Shown: piece by piece, positions 47,276 through 59,094 of the stretch
How positions within the stretch are numbered: position 1 is the first letter of the stretch
Layout of the letters: every line of letters starts with the position of its first letter
DNA from: Histomonas meleagridis 2922-C6/04-290x
Lineage: Eukaryota > Protista > Parabasalia
Assembly: GCA_020184695.1 (NCBI GenBank)
Contig: JAANOX010000221.1
Span: 1 to 64,000 of the forward strand
DNA length: 64,000 bases
Direction: 5' to 3'
The notes under the pieces: model-generated
Told to the model about the DNA's origin: nothing
What the model saw: only the letters and a program-made list of their open reading frames with translations
Database searches by the model: none
Translations under genes and position numbers: made by a program

Positions 47276-48079
47276 TCATTTTTTCTTGGTACCCATTGAA
47301 GCAGAGCCAACGATTTCGGCGCGCCAGTTAACCTTTGATTTGGTGACTGGAAGTCTACGACGAAGACGGTTCAAACCCTCATCCTTGAGGAGGTCGAAAC
47401 CGTAGGCAAGCTTCTCGGTCCATGTCTTGTAGAACTCGGAGAGCTTCTTGACAGCTGCTGCTGCCATTGAATCATTATCATTTCCGCTGACCTGTGCTTC
47501 GAAGTCGGCACTGTTCTCAAGGGTACAGTTACCGTTTTCGTAGAAGTGAGCAGCAGCTGTGATCTTACCTTGAAGATGGCCATTTTCGATTGTGAATCTC
47601 ATGAAGACATCACCGGTACGATAGTTTTCTCGTGCAATTGAGGAACCACTGAGAACAATTGCAACTCCATTATTTGTATCATAAACACCACATGCTCCAT
47701 TTTTAAGAGTATTCTTTGAGAAAACATCAAGAGCAGTTTGGCAAGCATTCCTGAATGGTGTTGATTCTAACTGTTCATCAGTTTCTTGTGAAGTACGATC
47801 TTCAAAGTTGTATTTGAAAATTTTCATTGTATGTGGATCAACAAACCTGCTTCCATCTTGAAGTGCTTCTTCGCAAACCATAGCTGAATGGTTGCCAACT
47901 TCAACGGCAACACATCGAGACATCATCCACTTGCGAACTGATTGTTTTCTAGCTTCTTCAACAACTGCTTTGTCATCAACAAACTGGTTCATAGCATTGA
48001 CGCAATCCTCGAATTCACCTGGTGGAGCATTGACGAGAAGTCTTGAGGCGGCTTCGACAAGCTTTGGATCAGCTTCCAT
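47276..48079 (-). CDS. CAPZA: F-actin capping protein alpha subunit
   Basis: LLVNAPPGEF..AAHFYENGN..LRRRLPVTKSKVNW; likely start at MEADPK (48,079). Confidence 0.93.
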   Translation of the reverse strand: MEADPKLVEAASRLLVNAPPGEFEDCVNAMNQFVDDKAVVEEARKQSVRKWMMSRCVAVEVGNHSAMVCEEALQDGSRFVDPHTMKIFKYNFEDRTSQETDEQLESTPFRNACQTALDVFSKNTLKNGACGVYDTNNGVAIVLSGSSIARENYRTGDVFMRFTIENGHLQGKITAAAHFYENGNCTLENSADFEAQVSGNDNDSMAAAAVKKLSEFYKTWTEKLAYGFDLLKDEGLNRLRRRLPVTKSKVNWRAEIVGSASMGTKKK

Positions 48080-49348
48080 TGTGAGTTGATAAAATGACAG
48101 CATTGTCCTCAATTTTGAATAGGGATTTGCGGTTATGAAGTAGATGGGACACCCCACATAAAAAAAGAAAAAATTAGCGTTAACAGAGAGTAAAAAAAAG
48201 TTATAAAATTAAAAGTTATGCAACTATTTCATACGATACATACCACCCTATAGATGGCATAGGTGAAACAATTTATTGTTTCTAAGAAAAGATAAAAATT
48301 TTACTGTGATTGATGTTTGTGTTGGGAGAAAAATGGTACTTTTTCACATCAAATGTCCCGAAACTTCTCACTTTTTGATTGGATTATATCTCATAAACTA
48401 TTATATGAGATGATTTAAAAAGTTCCTAAGTCTTATGGTTTACACTTGGACCCACAATGGTGCTGATAGCACTTTTTGATTCCGCTCATAACGTTGGTTA
48501 CTTTTTACTTTTTGTTCTTAGATTTGCACCTTTTGCTTTTGAGAAGTTTATGTTAAACTAATGTAAAGCATACAAAAATATTGACTTTTGATATGAAAAT
48601 AGTTTTGCTTTTCTAAAGTGACAACTAAAGCATCGAGATTTCATTCATTATTTGATATGTTTTTACTTCAAGTAAGCGGATGGGAATACTGATTATCAAT
48701 CGGACATGCAGAATGACATAAATTAGTGATGTAAATAATTTTGATAAACATCAGAAAAAAAATATTGGGTGAAGTTTGAAGCTGAGTTACACATTCCAAT
48801 TAATATTATAACATGTAATCCAAGTTTTTTTATTATTTAATCTTGATTATCATGAATTAATATGAGGGGATTTATTTTTATACGTATAAATCTGATACAA
48901 TATCTTCAGTGTTCTTATTTCCAATAAGGAATATGCATGGTTGTCATGTTTAGAGTGAGTTCGGAAAAATGCCTACAACTTTGGAACCTCAAAAGTGTCC
49001 TCTGCCGTTCGAACGCTTGCACCATCGGTTATTTAGACAGCTTTCCCACTTTTTCTGTCGCGTTCATTCAAACCGTTTATCCAAATCTACGGTTTGTCCG
49101 GAACCTTTTATACGTGAAGAATGATAACTAAATATCGAGTTAATTCGTAATATTTTCTTGTAATTTTTGATACATTTATATTCTATATTAATTTATCCAA
49201 CGAAATGTCAAGTTTGTTTTTTAAGAAATAGCAAAAACTACGAAAACCAGGTGAAGTTTTCTTCGTAAAGGATGATGGACATTTTATGGCGAATACATCA
49301 GAATTTTTGTGATAAAATTGTCAGCGGTTAATCACATCACTACACTTG

Positions 49349-49966
49349 ATGTCTGAAAACAAAGTTCCATTAGAACTCATCCAAAAAGGCGTCGAACTCA
49401 AGAAGGTCGAAACAAAGGAACACAAGCTCCCAACAGCTGAAGAAATCGCCGAACAAAAGAAGCTCGCTGAACAAGAAGGTGCTCAAGTTCTTCCAGAAGA
49501 TCTCCCAAGAGATGGCCAAAACCGCAACGTTCACGATCTTATCAAGGAAGGAAAAGAACTTAAGAAAGTTGAAACAAAGGAACCAAAACTCCCAACAGCT
49601 GAAGAAATCGCTGAACAAAAGAAACTCGCTGAACAAGAAGGAGTTCAAGTTCTTCCAGAAGATCTCCCAAGAGATGGCCAAAACCGCAATGTTCACGATC
49701 TTATCAAGGAAGGAAAAGAACTTAAGAAGGTCGAAACTAAGGAACCTAAGCTCCCAACAGCTGAAGAAATCGCCGAACAAAAGAAGCTCGCTGAACAAGA
49801 AGGAGTTCAAAGACTCCCAGAAGATCTCCCAAGAGATGCTCAAAACCGTACTGTTCACGATCTTATTAAGGAAGGCAAGCCAGAACTTAAGAAGGTCGAA
49901 ACTAAGGAACCACGCCTTCCAACAGCCGAAGAAATCGCTGAACAAAAGAAGCTTGAAGGACAATAA
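49349..49966 (+). CDS. Multi-repeat beta-thymosin/WH2-like actin-monomer-binding protein (4 motifs, 54-aa period)
   Basis: Four xxxLIxxGxELKKVETKExxLPTAEEIAEQKKL motifs; DNA period 162 bp (49,398, 49,560, 49,722, then 165 bp to 49,887). Confidence 0.75.
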   Translation: MSENKVPLELIQKGVELKKVETKEHKLPTAEEIAEQKKLAEQEGAQVLPEDLPRDGQNRNVHDLIKEGKELKKVETKEPKLPTAEEIAEQKKLAEQEGVQVLPEDLPRDGQNRNVHDLIKEGKELKKVETKEPKLPTAEEIAEQKKLAEQEGVQRLPEDLPRDAQNRTVHDLIKEGKPELKKVETKEPRLPTAEEIAEQKKLEGQ

Positions 49967-50033
49967 GTTCACTCTTAAACCCTTCAATTCATGAATTTTT
50001 TTTAAATTTAATTTCGTTTTATTAATTCCAATT

Positions 50034-51287
50034 TCATTCGCATGGATTTAAATAGTCCAATTCCAAAATGTAATCATTTAATGCATCGATTTCATCCTTA
50101 AAATTCTCAACGTCATCAATGAATACCATAATCTGGACAATGATTGAAGTGATTTCCTTATCATCTGTTTCCAAAAATTCTCTCAAAATAGAAAATAATT
50201 TATCACATACAAAAACAGATGTGAATGGACCTGTTTTGCTGAACAAATTACGAAGTGCAATTAATAGATTTTTCCGGATTTGGAAAACATCTGATTCCAT
50301 ATGTTGGAGAATTGCTAAATATAATCCACTATCAGAGATATTTTGGATGATGACATTCTGTGAATCACAAATGTTTGAAATTGAAATCGAAATATCTATT
50401 CTTTCCTCACATATTTCAGTTGTATTTAAAAGCATTGTATACATATTTAATGGAGTTTCATTTGCAATCTTAGCTCCATAGTTGTTACTGTAATAACAAT
50501 AACTTAATGCAGATGCAACATAAACTTTTCCTTTTGATTCAAGATATCCAAATGCATTTAACATAAGGAGATGGTAATTGTTTTCTATAAAGATATCAAT
50601 CCAAGAAGAATTCATCACAAAGTAATAACACCCACGAACACATTGTGTTAAAACTGCTTGATGAAATAATTGTGGATTTTCTAAAATACGAATCAGATTT
50701 AAAAGAAGAGGTGATACCAAATCAATTGACATGTTTGGGAAATCAGGTCTAATACAAATTGCTGTAATCGAAGCAAAGGATATCAAACATTCTAATGACA
50801 AGTTTTCAATTGGAATTGACCGTAAAAGATCTAAACCGCCAATTTGAATAAAACGATACTTTATCGCTGAATCTTTATTGAGAACTTTATCGAGAACCGA
50901 TAAACAAGAAGCAAACTCTGATTGATTATGAACAAGCTCAATAAAAAATCGAAAAAAATCATATTTTGGACCGCCAAATGACAATAAAGGTGACTCTTTA
51001 AAAATGTTTCTAAGCGATTCTGATGAAACCATCTGAACTTTTGGATCAGGATAATTGAACAAATTATTCAATGATTTAACAATATCATAAATGTAGTTGG
51101 ATATTATGTCTTGGTAAAGTCCTGATGAAACAATTGTGTTGATTTGTGTTATTGAAGAAATAATCAATTCTGGGATATTTGAATTTAAATTGGAAAGGAT
51201 AGAATTAAGGTCAGCAATGCCACAATTTTTTGCATATTCATCCTCACTAAAAGATTCTCTCCGAGAAAGTGAGGTTTCATCTATCAT
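50034..51287 (-). CDS. ARM/HEAT-repeat protein (importin-alpha-like fold)
   Basis: 417-aa helical ORF with ARM-like phrases (FIQIGGLDLL, IRKNLLIALRNL). Confidence 0.55.
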   Translation of the reverse strand: MIDETSLSRRESFSEDEYAKNCGIADLNSILSNLNSNIPELIISSITQINTIVSSGLYQDIISNYIYDIVKSLNNLFNYPDPKVQMVSSESLRNIFKESPLLSFGGPKYDFFRFFIELVHNQSEFASCLSVLDKVLNKDSAIKYRFIQIGGLDLLRSIPIENLSLECLISFASITAICIRPDFPNMSIDLVSPLLLNLIRILENPQLFHQAVLTQCVRGCYYFVMNSSWIDIFIENNYHLLMLNAFGYLESKGKVYVASALSYCYYSNNYGAKIANETPLNMYTMLLNTTEICEERIDISISISNICDSQNVIIQNISDSGLYLAILQHMESDVFQIRKNLLIALRNLFSKTGPFTSVFVCDKLFSILREFLETDDKEITSIIVQIMVFIDDVENFKDEIDALNDYILELDYLNPCE

Positions 51288-51679
51288 AAAAAAGTGACTT
51301 TGTTGAACATGACCATTTATTTACTGATGATACACCAACACATTTCTTCTGTTTCATCAAAAAACCGAGTATAAAATTTTTTGAAAATCCAATAATTTTT
51401 GATTTAAATTTTTTGATTTCTAATTTGAATTCTTAATTTTTTTTTTTCGATTAAAAATTTTTATTATTTATGACTACTGAACAGTTTTGCTTTTTCGTTG
51501 TTAGAACAATTGAATGAATATTCATCTCTAAGTATATAGCATGTTCCAGAATGGTCATTTATCGATAAATTTTCATATAAATTGTGAGTGTAAAACAAAC
51601 AAAATGTTGTAAACATCGTATTTTTCAATGGAGCAAAAATTTTTTTTTCAGTGAAAAATCTGTTTGTTACAGACAGCAG

Positions 51680-54600
51680 ATGAAGGATGAGAAGAAATCC
51701 AAAGAATCCTTTTTTGCCGAAACAACACAATCAACACTCATGACATGCACCATTGAAGTTATTCAAAGTTATGTTGCAAAACACAAAATATATAATTATA
51801 TAGTTTCCATAATTTTTTTTCTATTCCTTCTGTTCAACTCATTTTCACACCTTGTGGAGTCGCTTTGGGAAAAAAACTCCAGCAATACTTCTTTAAAAAT
51901 TTTTTATGAAATAATTACATATGGTGTACAAAATAATTTTGCAACACATTATGACAATGCGATTATTTTCTTTATTTCATTTTATACTTTACTTTTTATC
52001 CATCTTATTATAATGGCAGCCTGTAAAAATTCCATTAATGTCAATCTTGTCCAAGTATTCACAATTTTTTGGTATTATATTTATCCAATTATGTTTTTTC
52101 CATCAATGTCTATCCTTATTAAAAGTTATTCGTTTATAAGTACAGATGGCGTTAGTATCAAAAATGAAATTTGTATTATATATCAAATCTTTTTCTTTAT
52201 TTTACTTACCATAGTTAATCCTGTTGTCAACCAAACCCCACAAGACATCATTCATCCATATTTTACGATGTCATATTATCACTCATTAATATCAATATCA
52301 TATTTTATTTTATTTTCCAGTCTTTCAGGTAACCAATTTACAACGTCGATCGGTTTTCGGATATTTCGATGTTTTATTGATTTAATATGTATTTTTTTCC
52401 ACATTTTTAATCCATTTTATTCGAGTCGCTTTTTAAATTCACTTTTTTTCTTTGTAAATCTTGAAGATTGTATCACATTAATCATCACGCAAAACTCATT
52501 TCGAAACTATGAATATATATCTTTTCTCTTTTTTATTGCTGAGATCATTATTTCATTATTATATTATTTTTTCTTTTTTAATTTCATGTGTGGTACTACT
52601 ATGCATACATTAAAGAATTTATATATTTCTGGAAAGTATAAAATTGCGAGAAGTTTTTTATTTTTAAATGGTAAACAAGAATATTCTAAATTAAAAGTTT
52701 TAGAATTAATGAAATCGATAATTAACTTAGATCCACAAAACACATCTGAACTTATAGAATATGTTTTAGAGAAGAAACTTCAGCAATTTGAAAACATTCA
52801 TATTTTACGAGTTTCATCGAAAATTTATTTAGAAAATAATTCGAACATTGATGAAGAAGAAGATGAAACTGAAGAAGATATAAATGATATTAATCATATT
52901 TTACTTCATTTCTCTTATTCGAATCTTATTAAGATATTAAATGAGAAAAGAATTAAAATCGAAGAACTTTTAAAGAAGTTTTGGTATAATGTTTGGTTAT
53001 CTAATTTAAAAGGATTTAAAATCGCATTAAAAATTGTTCATGATAAATTTTTGATTAATAATTTCTTGAATGTTTATAATGAAATTTATTTATTATTTTC
53101 TTCTTTGTATAAATTTAACTTAAATTTAAATCTGAGTTATCAATTCGATAATGAGAAAAATGAATATATAAAGAAAAATAAAAAATTTCGTGTTATAACT
53201 TTAAGTATTTTATTGACATTTGTATTAATTCTTGTGAATTTTCGTATTGGAATGTTTTATTATACTAAAAGTTCCAATAATTTTAGTGAGGCTGATTTAC
53301 AAACAATTTTCCAATTTACAAATAAACATATACTACTTCAAGCTAATTTATGGAAAAGTAATTTCAATCAAAAGCGATTTTATTTTACTAATTTCACGAA
53401 TATATTTAACGAATTAATAATGAAATATGAAAAATTTGGTTATGCTGCAAAATTAATAGGGTATGAATATGAAGAACAAAATATTATAACAATTTATAGG
53501 AATTTTCTTCATGAATATAATTTATCAATTGCAAATAATTCATTTCCAGTAAATGAATTACTTGAAGTGAATGATATGATTATACAAATTTATGGATTTA
53601 TGGCTAATAATTTTTATAATGTTGATGATTCTAATCGTTTAAATTTATGTGTAATTATTATTTTTTTATTAATAATTTTTGCAAATTTAATTGGATCTTT
53701 TATATATTATATTAAAGTAATATATAAAAACTTTAATAATCTTTTGTATAGGTTTTTGTTTTTATCCAAAAATCAATTTCATTATAAAAATGATAAAAAT
53801 CAAAAAACAAATTTTTTAAATATCTTTAATCCTAATATAAGATTTTTTTCTTCACATATAATATATTTGTTTTTATTAATAATTATTTCTATTCTTTTAT
53901 TATATATTGTGCTTTCAAGTATATCTAATTCATATGAGTTTAAATATTTGATGACGAATGGCGTGAAAACTGCTTATAGTATTTATCAAGTTCGTTGTCA
54001 ATTAATTTCTGCTATTTCTTGTCGAAGCTTTTTAAATAATAGTGAGAATTTTCCTTCGATTTTTAACTCATACTTAAATGATGCTAATCATTTAGATACT
54101 GAACTTGGAGGTATACCTGAAATACCTTCGACATTTTATCAAATGATTGGCGATAGTATATTTATATCACCATATTCATATTCTGATGAAATATGGCGGA
54201 ACTTAAGCACGAGTTTATTAAATGTTATCATTATTAATCGCCAAAGATCATTAGTTAGACAAACTGATTTAATCAAAGGAACAGTATTTTCATATTTAAC
54301 ATTTATTATTATCTTTATTTATTTGATTTATTTGGTATATTTCATCTTAAAATATTCGGAAACAGAATACATCGAAATAATAAATTTACTTCAAACTTAT
54401 GAATTCGATGACATTAATTTTAATTATGATTTTAATTATAATTCGGATAAAATAAATCTTCAAAAATTCGAAATTGATATTAATAATGATAAATATCATA
54501 AAATGTTCGATGATCATAATGATTTAATCGAAACTTTAATCATTAAATATAAAGATAAATTCGACGAATTTCATTACCCTGAAATAATATCATTACCAAA

Positions 54601-55354
54601 TGACCCAAATTCATCATTAGCTATCATCCCGCAATATAATAAAAATATATTTAATAAACTTTTGTTAATAACACTAAATGGAATAAAATCAATTGATTCA
54701 TATTCTAAAAGTTATGAAGAAAGTTTTTATTCCAATTTTCCTCCGTTCATACAATTAACAGATAAAATTCCGACTTTATTAACATTTAAAGAGAATATTT
54801 TACGAACTTTAATCATCAAGTTAAAAGGTTTTAATATTTTATTAAATAATAATAATGAAAATGTTCAAAATTCTTTAATTAAAGTTAGGCAAATGATATC
54901 GAAATTTGTTGTTAACTTTTGTAATGAAAATAAATCGTTTTATTTAATGAGACAATCAATGGATGTTTTGATATTACAAATTAACCCTTATAAAGCTGAT
55001 AAGAAATATTTTTCGATTTGGAAAGCATTTCATTCGATTGCTAAATTCGGTAAAAAAATAATTTCTAAAATTAATACAATTTTAAATGACTTCCGAATTA
55101 AGAACGTGTTCGTATGCGGTTCGATATTCGCTTCCAATAATTACAAATTGTACGTGCCAAATCATTACATGGCGAAAACTGATTTCGTGTCCGACTTCTT
55201 GTTCATCGCTGAGGAATGTCTCGATGAGTGCCCGAATAATGTGATAACTTGCGTCGCAAGTACTGAGTTCGCAAGAGTACAATCGTCAATGATATTTTAC
55301 AAAGAGATACAACTCAAAAATCAAGCGAAATATAGAATCGCAATTATTGTATAA
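51680..55354 (+). CDS. Multi-pass membrane protein resembling trichomonad transmembrane nucleotidyl cyclases, catalytic domain degenerate
   Basis: N-terminal block of TM helices, further TM pairs, and a C-terminal segment with class III cyclase-like spacing (VCGSIFAS..TDFVSDFLFIAEECLDEC.NNVITCVAST). Likely start MKDEKK at 51,680. Confidence 0.5.
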   Translation: MKDEKKSKESFFAETTQSTLMTCTIEVIQSYVAKHKIYNYIVSIIFFLFLLFNSFSHLVESLWEKNSSNTSLKIFYEIITYGVQNNFATHYDNAIIFFISFYTLLFIHLIIMAACKNSINVNLVQVFTIFWYYIYPIMFFPSMSILIKSYSFISTDGVSIKNEICIIYQIFFFILLTIVNPVVNQTPQDIIHPYFTMSYYHSLISISYFILFSSLSGNQFTTSIGFRIFRCFIDLICIFFHIFNPFYSSRFLNSLFFFVNLEDCITLIITQNSFRNYEYISFLFFIAEIIISLLYYFFFFNFMCGTTMHTLKNLYISGKYKIARSFLFLNGKQEYSKLKVLELMKSIINLDPQNTSELIEYVLEKKLQQFENIHILRVSSKIYLENNSNIDEEEDETEEDINDINHILLHFSYSNLIKILNEKRIKIEELLKKFWYNVWLSNLKGFKIALKIVHDKFLINNFLNVYNEIYLLFSSLYKFNLNLNLSYQFDNEKNEYIKKNKKFRVITLSILLTFVLILVNFRIGMFYYTKSSNNFSEADLQTIFQFTNKHILLQANLWKSNFNQKRFYFTNFTNIFNELIMKYEKFGYAAKLIGYEYEEQNIITIYRNFLHEYNLSIANNSFPVNELLEVNDMIIQIYGFMANNFYNVDDSNRLNLCVIIIFLLIIFANLIGSFIYYIKVIYKNFNNLLYRFLFLSKNQFHYKNDKNQKTNFLNIFNPNIRFFSSHIIYLFLLIIISILLLYIVLSSISNSYEFKYLMTNGVKTAYSIYQVRCQLISAISCRSFLNNSENFPSIFNSYLNDANHLDTELGGIPEIPSTFYQMIGDSIFISPYSYSDEIWRNLSTSLLNVIIINRQRSLVRQTDLIKGTVFSYLTFIIIFIYLIYLVYFILKYSETEYIEIINLLQTYEFDDINFNYDFNYNSDKINLQKFEIDINNDKYHKMFDDHNDLIETLIIKYKDKFDEFHYPEIISLPNDPNSSLAIIPQYNKNIFNKLLLITLNGIKSIDSYSKSYEESFYSNFPPFIQLTDKIPTLLTFKENILRTLIIKLKGFNILLNNNNENVQNSLIKVRQMISKFVVNFCNENKSFYLMRQSMDVLILQINPYKADKKYFSIWKAFHSIAKFGKKIISKINTILNDFRIKNVFVCGSIFASNNYKLYVPNHYMAKTDFVSDFLFIAEECLDECPNNVITCVASTEFARVQSSMIFYKEIQLKNQAKYRIAIIV

Positions 55355-55644
55355 AAAAAATATTGTTATAAAATATACGGTAACTAAAAATTTTATGTTT
55401 GTTAAATTTTTGTGTTGAATTAAATCAAGTAAATATTATTAATGTTGTAATTTTGTACATTAATGAAATTTGAGTATAAAATGAATTAAAATCGTAGTGA
55501 GAATTGCGAACTTTCTATTTTGGCATCTTGATAGAATGTTCGATTTCAAACGATAGGTATAAATAGATGAGAAATCATCGTATTCGTATTGAAAAATTTT
55601 AAACGGCCATGAATTAAAAAAAGTACGTTTAGATTTACGCTAGA

Positions 55645-58600
55645 ATGAGTGCAGAGTCATCAAGCGTAAAATCTCTTCAAAATAAAATTAATGAACTTGA
55701 TGAAATCAACTCGATAAATGACGTTTCTTCAAATAATATTAGCGATTTTTTAAATGATTTATCTAATTTATCAATTGATCAAAACGATTCACATTCTTTT
55801 CATATTGAAAGTGATGACCATATTACTGATTTTCTTAATGAAAATGATGATAAAAATGCAGCATCAAGCACAATACTTTCTGATGATTTCTCTTTAAATT
55901 CAAATATTTTACAAAATTCTTCACATAATTCAATCATAGATTCACACGAAACAGAAGCTTCAATATTTCTTACTGCATTTAATGCCAAATATCGTAAAAA
56001 TGCTATCCAATTATTTGATGTATTTGATTTTATTGACTCATTAATTGAATCAAAGAATGTTACAGAAACAGTAAAAAAAGAAAAGAAATCAATGGGAATT
56101 GATTACAATGAAAAAATTATAAAATATCAAACAGAAAATGATAAACTTCAAACACAACTTGAAGAATCACATAATAAAATAAACACATTAGAACATCAAA
56201 TAACAACATTAAAAACAACAATTAGCGCACTTGATAATCAAAACAAATCTCTGCAAACAGATTTTAATACATTACAAAATTCTCTTGTTAATATGACAGA
56301 AATATTGGAATCACAAATGAATGATATCAAAACATTAAGTGAACAAAGATCACAACTTATTGAAACAATAAAGAAACAAGATTGCATAATAGAAAAATAT
56401 GATAATCTTTATAAAGAAAAATTAATAAATCAAGAAAAAAATAAAGAAAACAAAAAAGATATTAATGTTAAAAAACAATATGATATAAATGATGAATTAT
56501 ATTCATTGATTTCAAAAATAATTCATGAAATTGACCAAATAAAAGATGATTCACTTCGAACTGAAATTAATAAAATTACAAACGATTCAAATCTTCAAAT
56601 TAAAGAAAGAATTATTTCTATTTTTAATAACATTAAAACAAAATATGAAACATTATTTGAAGCAAATAACAATATTATTAATGAAATAAATATAAAAGAT
56701 AAAAATATTCAAAATTATAAACAGAAATGTATTGAAATTTTATCTCTGTTTGAAGAAGAATTAAGTTTTCTTCAAAAATTAACACATAGTACTGATCTTC
56801 AATCTGTTTTATTTTGTGCAACAACTTCAAATGAGATACCTTTACTTGATGAACATTCAAAAACAGAATTAATCAAAAGATGCGCACAATTAGGAAGTTT
56901 TATTGAGCAGACAATAGGTCAAATTTCAAAAGAGAATTTCGAAGAACAATTTCCTGATAATGTAGATAAATCGAATATTTTTGAAATGATTCAATCAACA
57001 CAAATTGAAGAAAGAGTTCAAAATTTATTCGAAAAATTTGATATTGAAAATGATATTAATTTAAGAGAATTATTTGATATGTTTTGTGCACAAGTTTATG
57101 TCAATGATTTACTTAAGAATTACATAACAGAATTAAATATGAGAATTGCACATTGTGGAAATGAAATAAATCTTCTTCGTCAAAGGAAAGATAATAATGT
57201 TATTATTAATGATGAAGAAAAACAAATTCCTAATAAAACAATTTCAAGATTAATTAAACATATGAAACATGTTGATTCAAAAATTCGACGTTTTGTTGCA
57301 CATTATATTGAAGTTAATGATGATGAATCAACGTATAAAATTGTTGTTGATTTATTTAACCTTATGTCAGAAGAACTTCAAAAGAATTCATCAGCATTTC
57401 AAGAAACAGAAAAAATGCAAAATGAAATTAGAAGATTAAAAAAGGCACTTAATAAGTCAAAGAAAAAAATTATTGATTCTGCTGATAATAATGAATTAGA
57501 AAATAAATTAAATGAAACAACAAAAGAATTAGAAATGAAAATAAAAGAATTTGAAAATCTTCAAAAGCAAATTGAACAAATGAATAATGAAATTATAAAT
57601 TATAAAAAACAAATTGAAGAAAGTGAAAACAAGAATAAAGAATATCAAGAAAGTCTTAATAATTCTACAGAACAAATTAACTCATTAAATAAACAAATTA
57701 ATAATTTTGAAACTGCTTTTGAGTCCGTAAAGATACAAAGAAAACAACTTGGTGATCAAATAGAAAAACTTCAAATTGCAAATCAAAAACTTAATGAATC
57801 AATACAACAATCAAATCAACAAATTCGTGAAGATTATGAAAAGAAAATAAATGAAATAATGGAGAAGATGGAAAAAATCAAAAATGAAAATGAAAATTAT
57901 TCACAACAAAATCAAATATTAAATTCTAAAAATCAACAACTTTTATCCGAAATGTCAACTTTAAATATTACGAATAAATCAATTGAATTAAAGATGAGAA
58001 CACTCGAAGAAAGAATTAATTTAGAAAAGAAACATTTACAATCTAAAGCAACAGCTCAAGCAACAGTAATTCAAGCTGAACAATCACAACAAATAAATGA
58101 ATTAAAATCAAAAATTGGAGAAATTATTAAAAGATTATCCAAATATTTCGATGAAAAACAAACAATTAATATTGATTCAATAATTAATGCAATCGAAGAA
58201 GAACTTAAAAATTCTAAAACATCAAAAGAAAATTATATTGAAATGCTTGAAGATGTTACAAATGCAAAGAAATTACTTGGAATTTCGCCATCATCAAAAA
58301 CGAAAATAGCTGAAGTAATAAATGAAATATTAAACAAAAAAGAAAATAAACAAAAATTAGAAGGAGAAAACTTAAAAAGAATTCAACAAGAACATAAAGA
58401 ATATGATCGAATAAAACGCGAATTGAAAAAAACTGAATCACAAATCATCGCATTAAAACAATGGGAAAATTGGGCAAGAAGAATTCATAGAGTAATTAAT
58501 GAAACTGATTCTTTACAATTAGAATCAAATGCATTACGTTTATCACTTGAAGAAGCACTTCTTGCATCAGTTTCTCATAGAGTATTATTCTTTAAGACAG

Positions 58601-58896
58601 ATTTGTTAAGAGCTCAAAAAATTATGTTTATGAAATTTGATAAAAGATTATTAATGTGTAAGCAAACACAAAAAAATAATGTCAGAGCTGTTATAGCTGT
58701 ATGCTTGTTCGCAAGAAGACTTCAGACTATAGCAGGGTGTTTGCCAATTAATATTCATCCACCTGAACCAATAATTAGAACAAATCAAACAATAAGAAAT
58801 GAAAAGGAATCAAAAAGAAGTTTATTTACACCAGCAAAACATTCGCAAATAACAGGAAAGAAGTTACTTCATCCATTGATACCATTTAATTCATGA
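55645..58896 (+). CDS. Large coiled-coil protein (trichomonad 'A-type inclusion'-like family)
   Basis: 1,083 aa with extensive heptads; C-terminal QWENWARRI..LRLSLEEALL..VIAVCLFARRLQ. Confidence 0.75.
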   Translation: MSAESSSVKSLQNKINELDEINSINDVSSNNISDFLNDLSNLSIDQNDSHSFHIESDDHITDFLNENDDKNAASSTILSDDFSLNSNILQNSSHNSIIDSHETEASIFLTAFNAKYRKNAIQLFDVFDFIDSLIESKNVTETVKKEKKSMGIDYNEKIIKYQTENDKLQTQLEESHNKINTLEHQITTLKTTISALDNQNKSLQTDFNTLQNSLVNMTEILESQMNDIKTLSEQRSQLIETIKKQDCIIEKYDNLYKEKLINQEKNKENKKDINVKKQYDINDELYSLISKIIHEIDQIKDDSLRTEINKITNDSNLQIKERIISIFNNIKTKYETLFEANNNIINEINIKDKNIQNYKQKCIEILSLFEEELSFLQKLTHSTDLQSVLFCATTSNEIPLLDEHSKTELIKRCAQLGSFIEQTIGQISKENFEEQFPDNVDKSNIFEMIQSTQIEERVQNLFEKFDIENDINLRELFDMFCAQVYVNDLLKNYITELNMRIAHCGNEINLLRQRKDNNVIINDEEKQIPNKTISRLIKHMKHVDSKIRRFVAHYIEVNDDESTYKIVVDLFNLMSEELQKNSSAFQETEKMQNEIRRLKKALNKSKKKIIDSADNNELENKLNETTKELEMKIKEFENLQKQIEQMNNEIINYKKQIEESENKNKEYQESLNNSTEQINSLNKQINNFETAFESVKIQRKQLGDQIEKLQIANQKLNESIQQSNQQIREDYEKKINEIMEKMEKIKNENENYSQQNQILNSKNQQLLSEMSTLNITNKSIELKMRTLEERINLEKKHLQSKATAQATVIQAEQSQQINELKSKIGEIIKRLSKYFDEKQTINIDSIINAIEEELKNSKTSKENYIEMLEDVTNAKKLLGISPSSKTKIAEVINEILNKKENKQKLEGENLKRIQQEHKEYDRIKRELKKTESQIIALKQWENWARRIHRVINETDSLQLESNALRLSLEEALLASVSHRVLFFKTDLLRAQKIMFMKFDKRLLMCKQTQKNNVRAVIAVCLFARRLQTIAGCLPINIHPPEPIIRTNQTIRNEKESKRSLFTPAKHSQITGKKLLHPLIPFNS

Positions 58897-59094
58897 TGTT
58901 TTTAAAACTTTGTTTGTCTTGAATTTTTATTACAATTTTATTACAAAACATAAAGAGTTGAGAATAACAATTCTAAATGGTTTAAATCATTATCAATATT
59001 TTTGAAAAACCGTAGAAATTGAATTTATCGGCAATACAAAAAAATCCGATTAAATCGATTTCAAAAAACATCCCCATTCAAAAATTAAAAAAAA

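Noticed and set aside
49370-49994. Overlapping 205-aa antisense and 171-aa alternate-frame ORFs
   Set aside because: By-products of the 162-bp coding repeat and biased codon usage of the thymosin-like gene.
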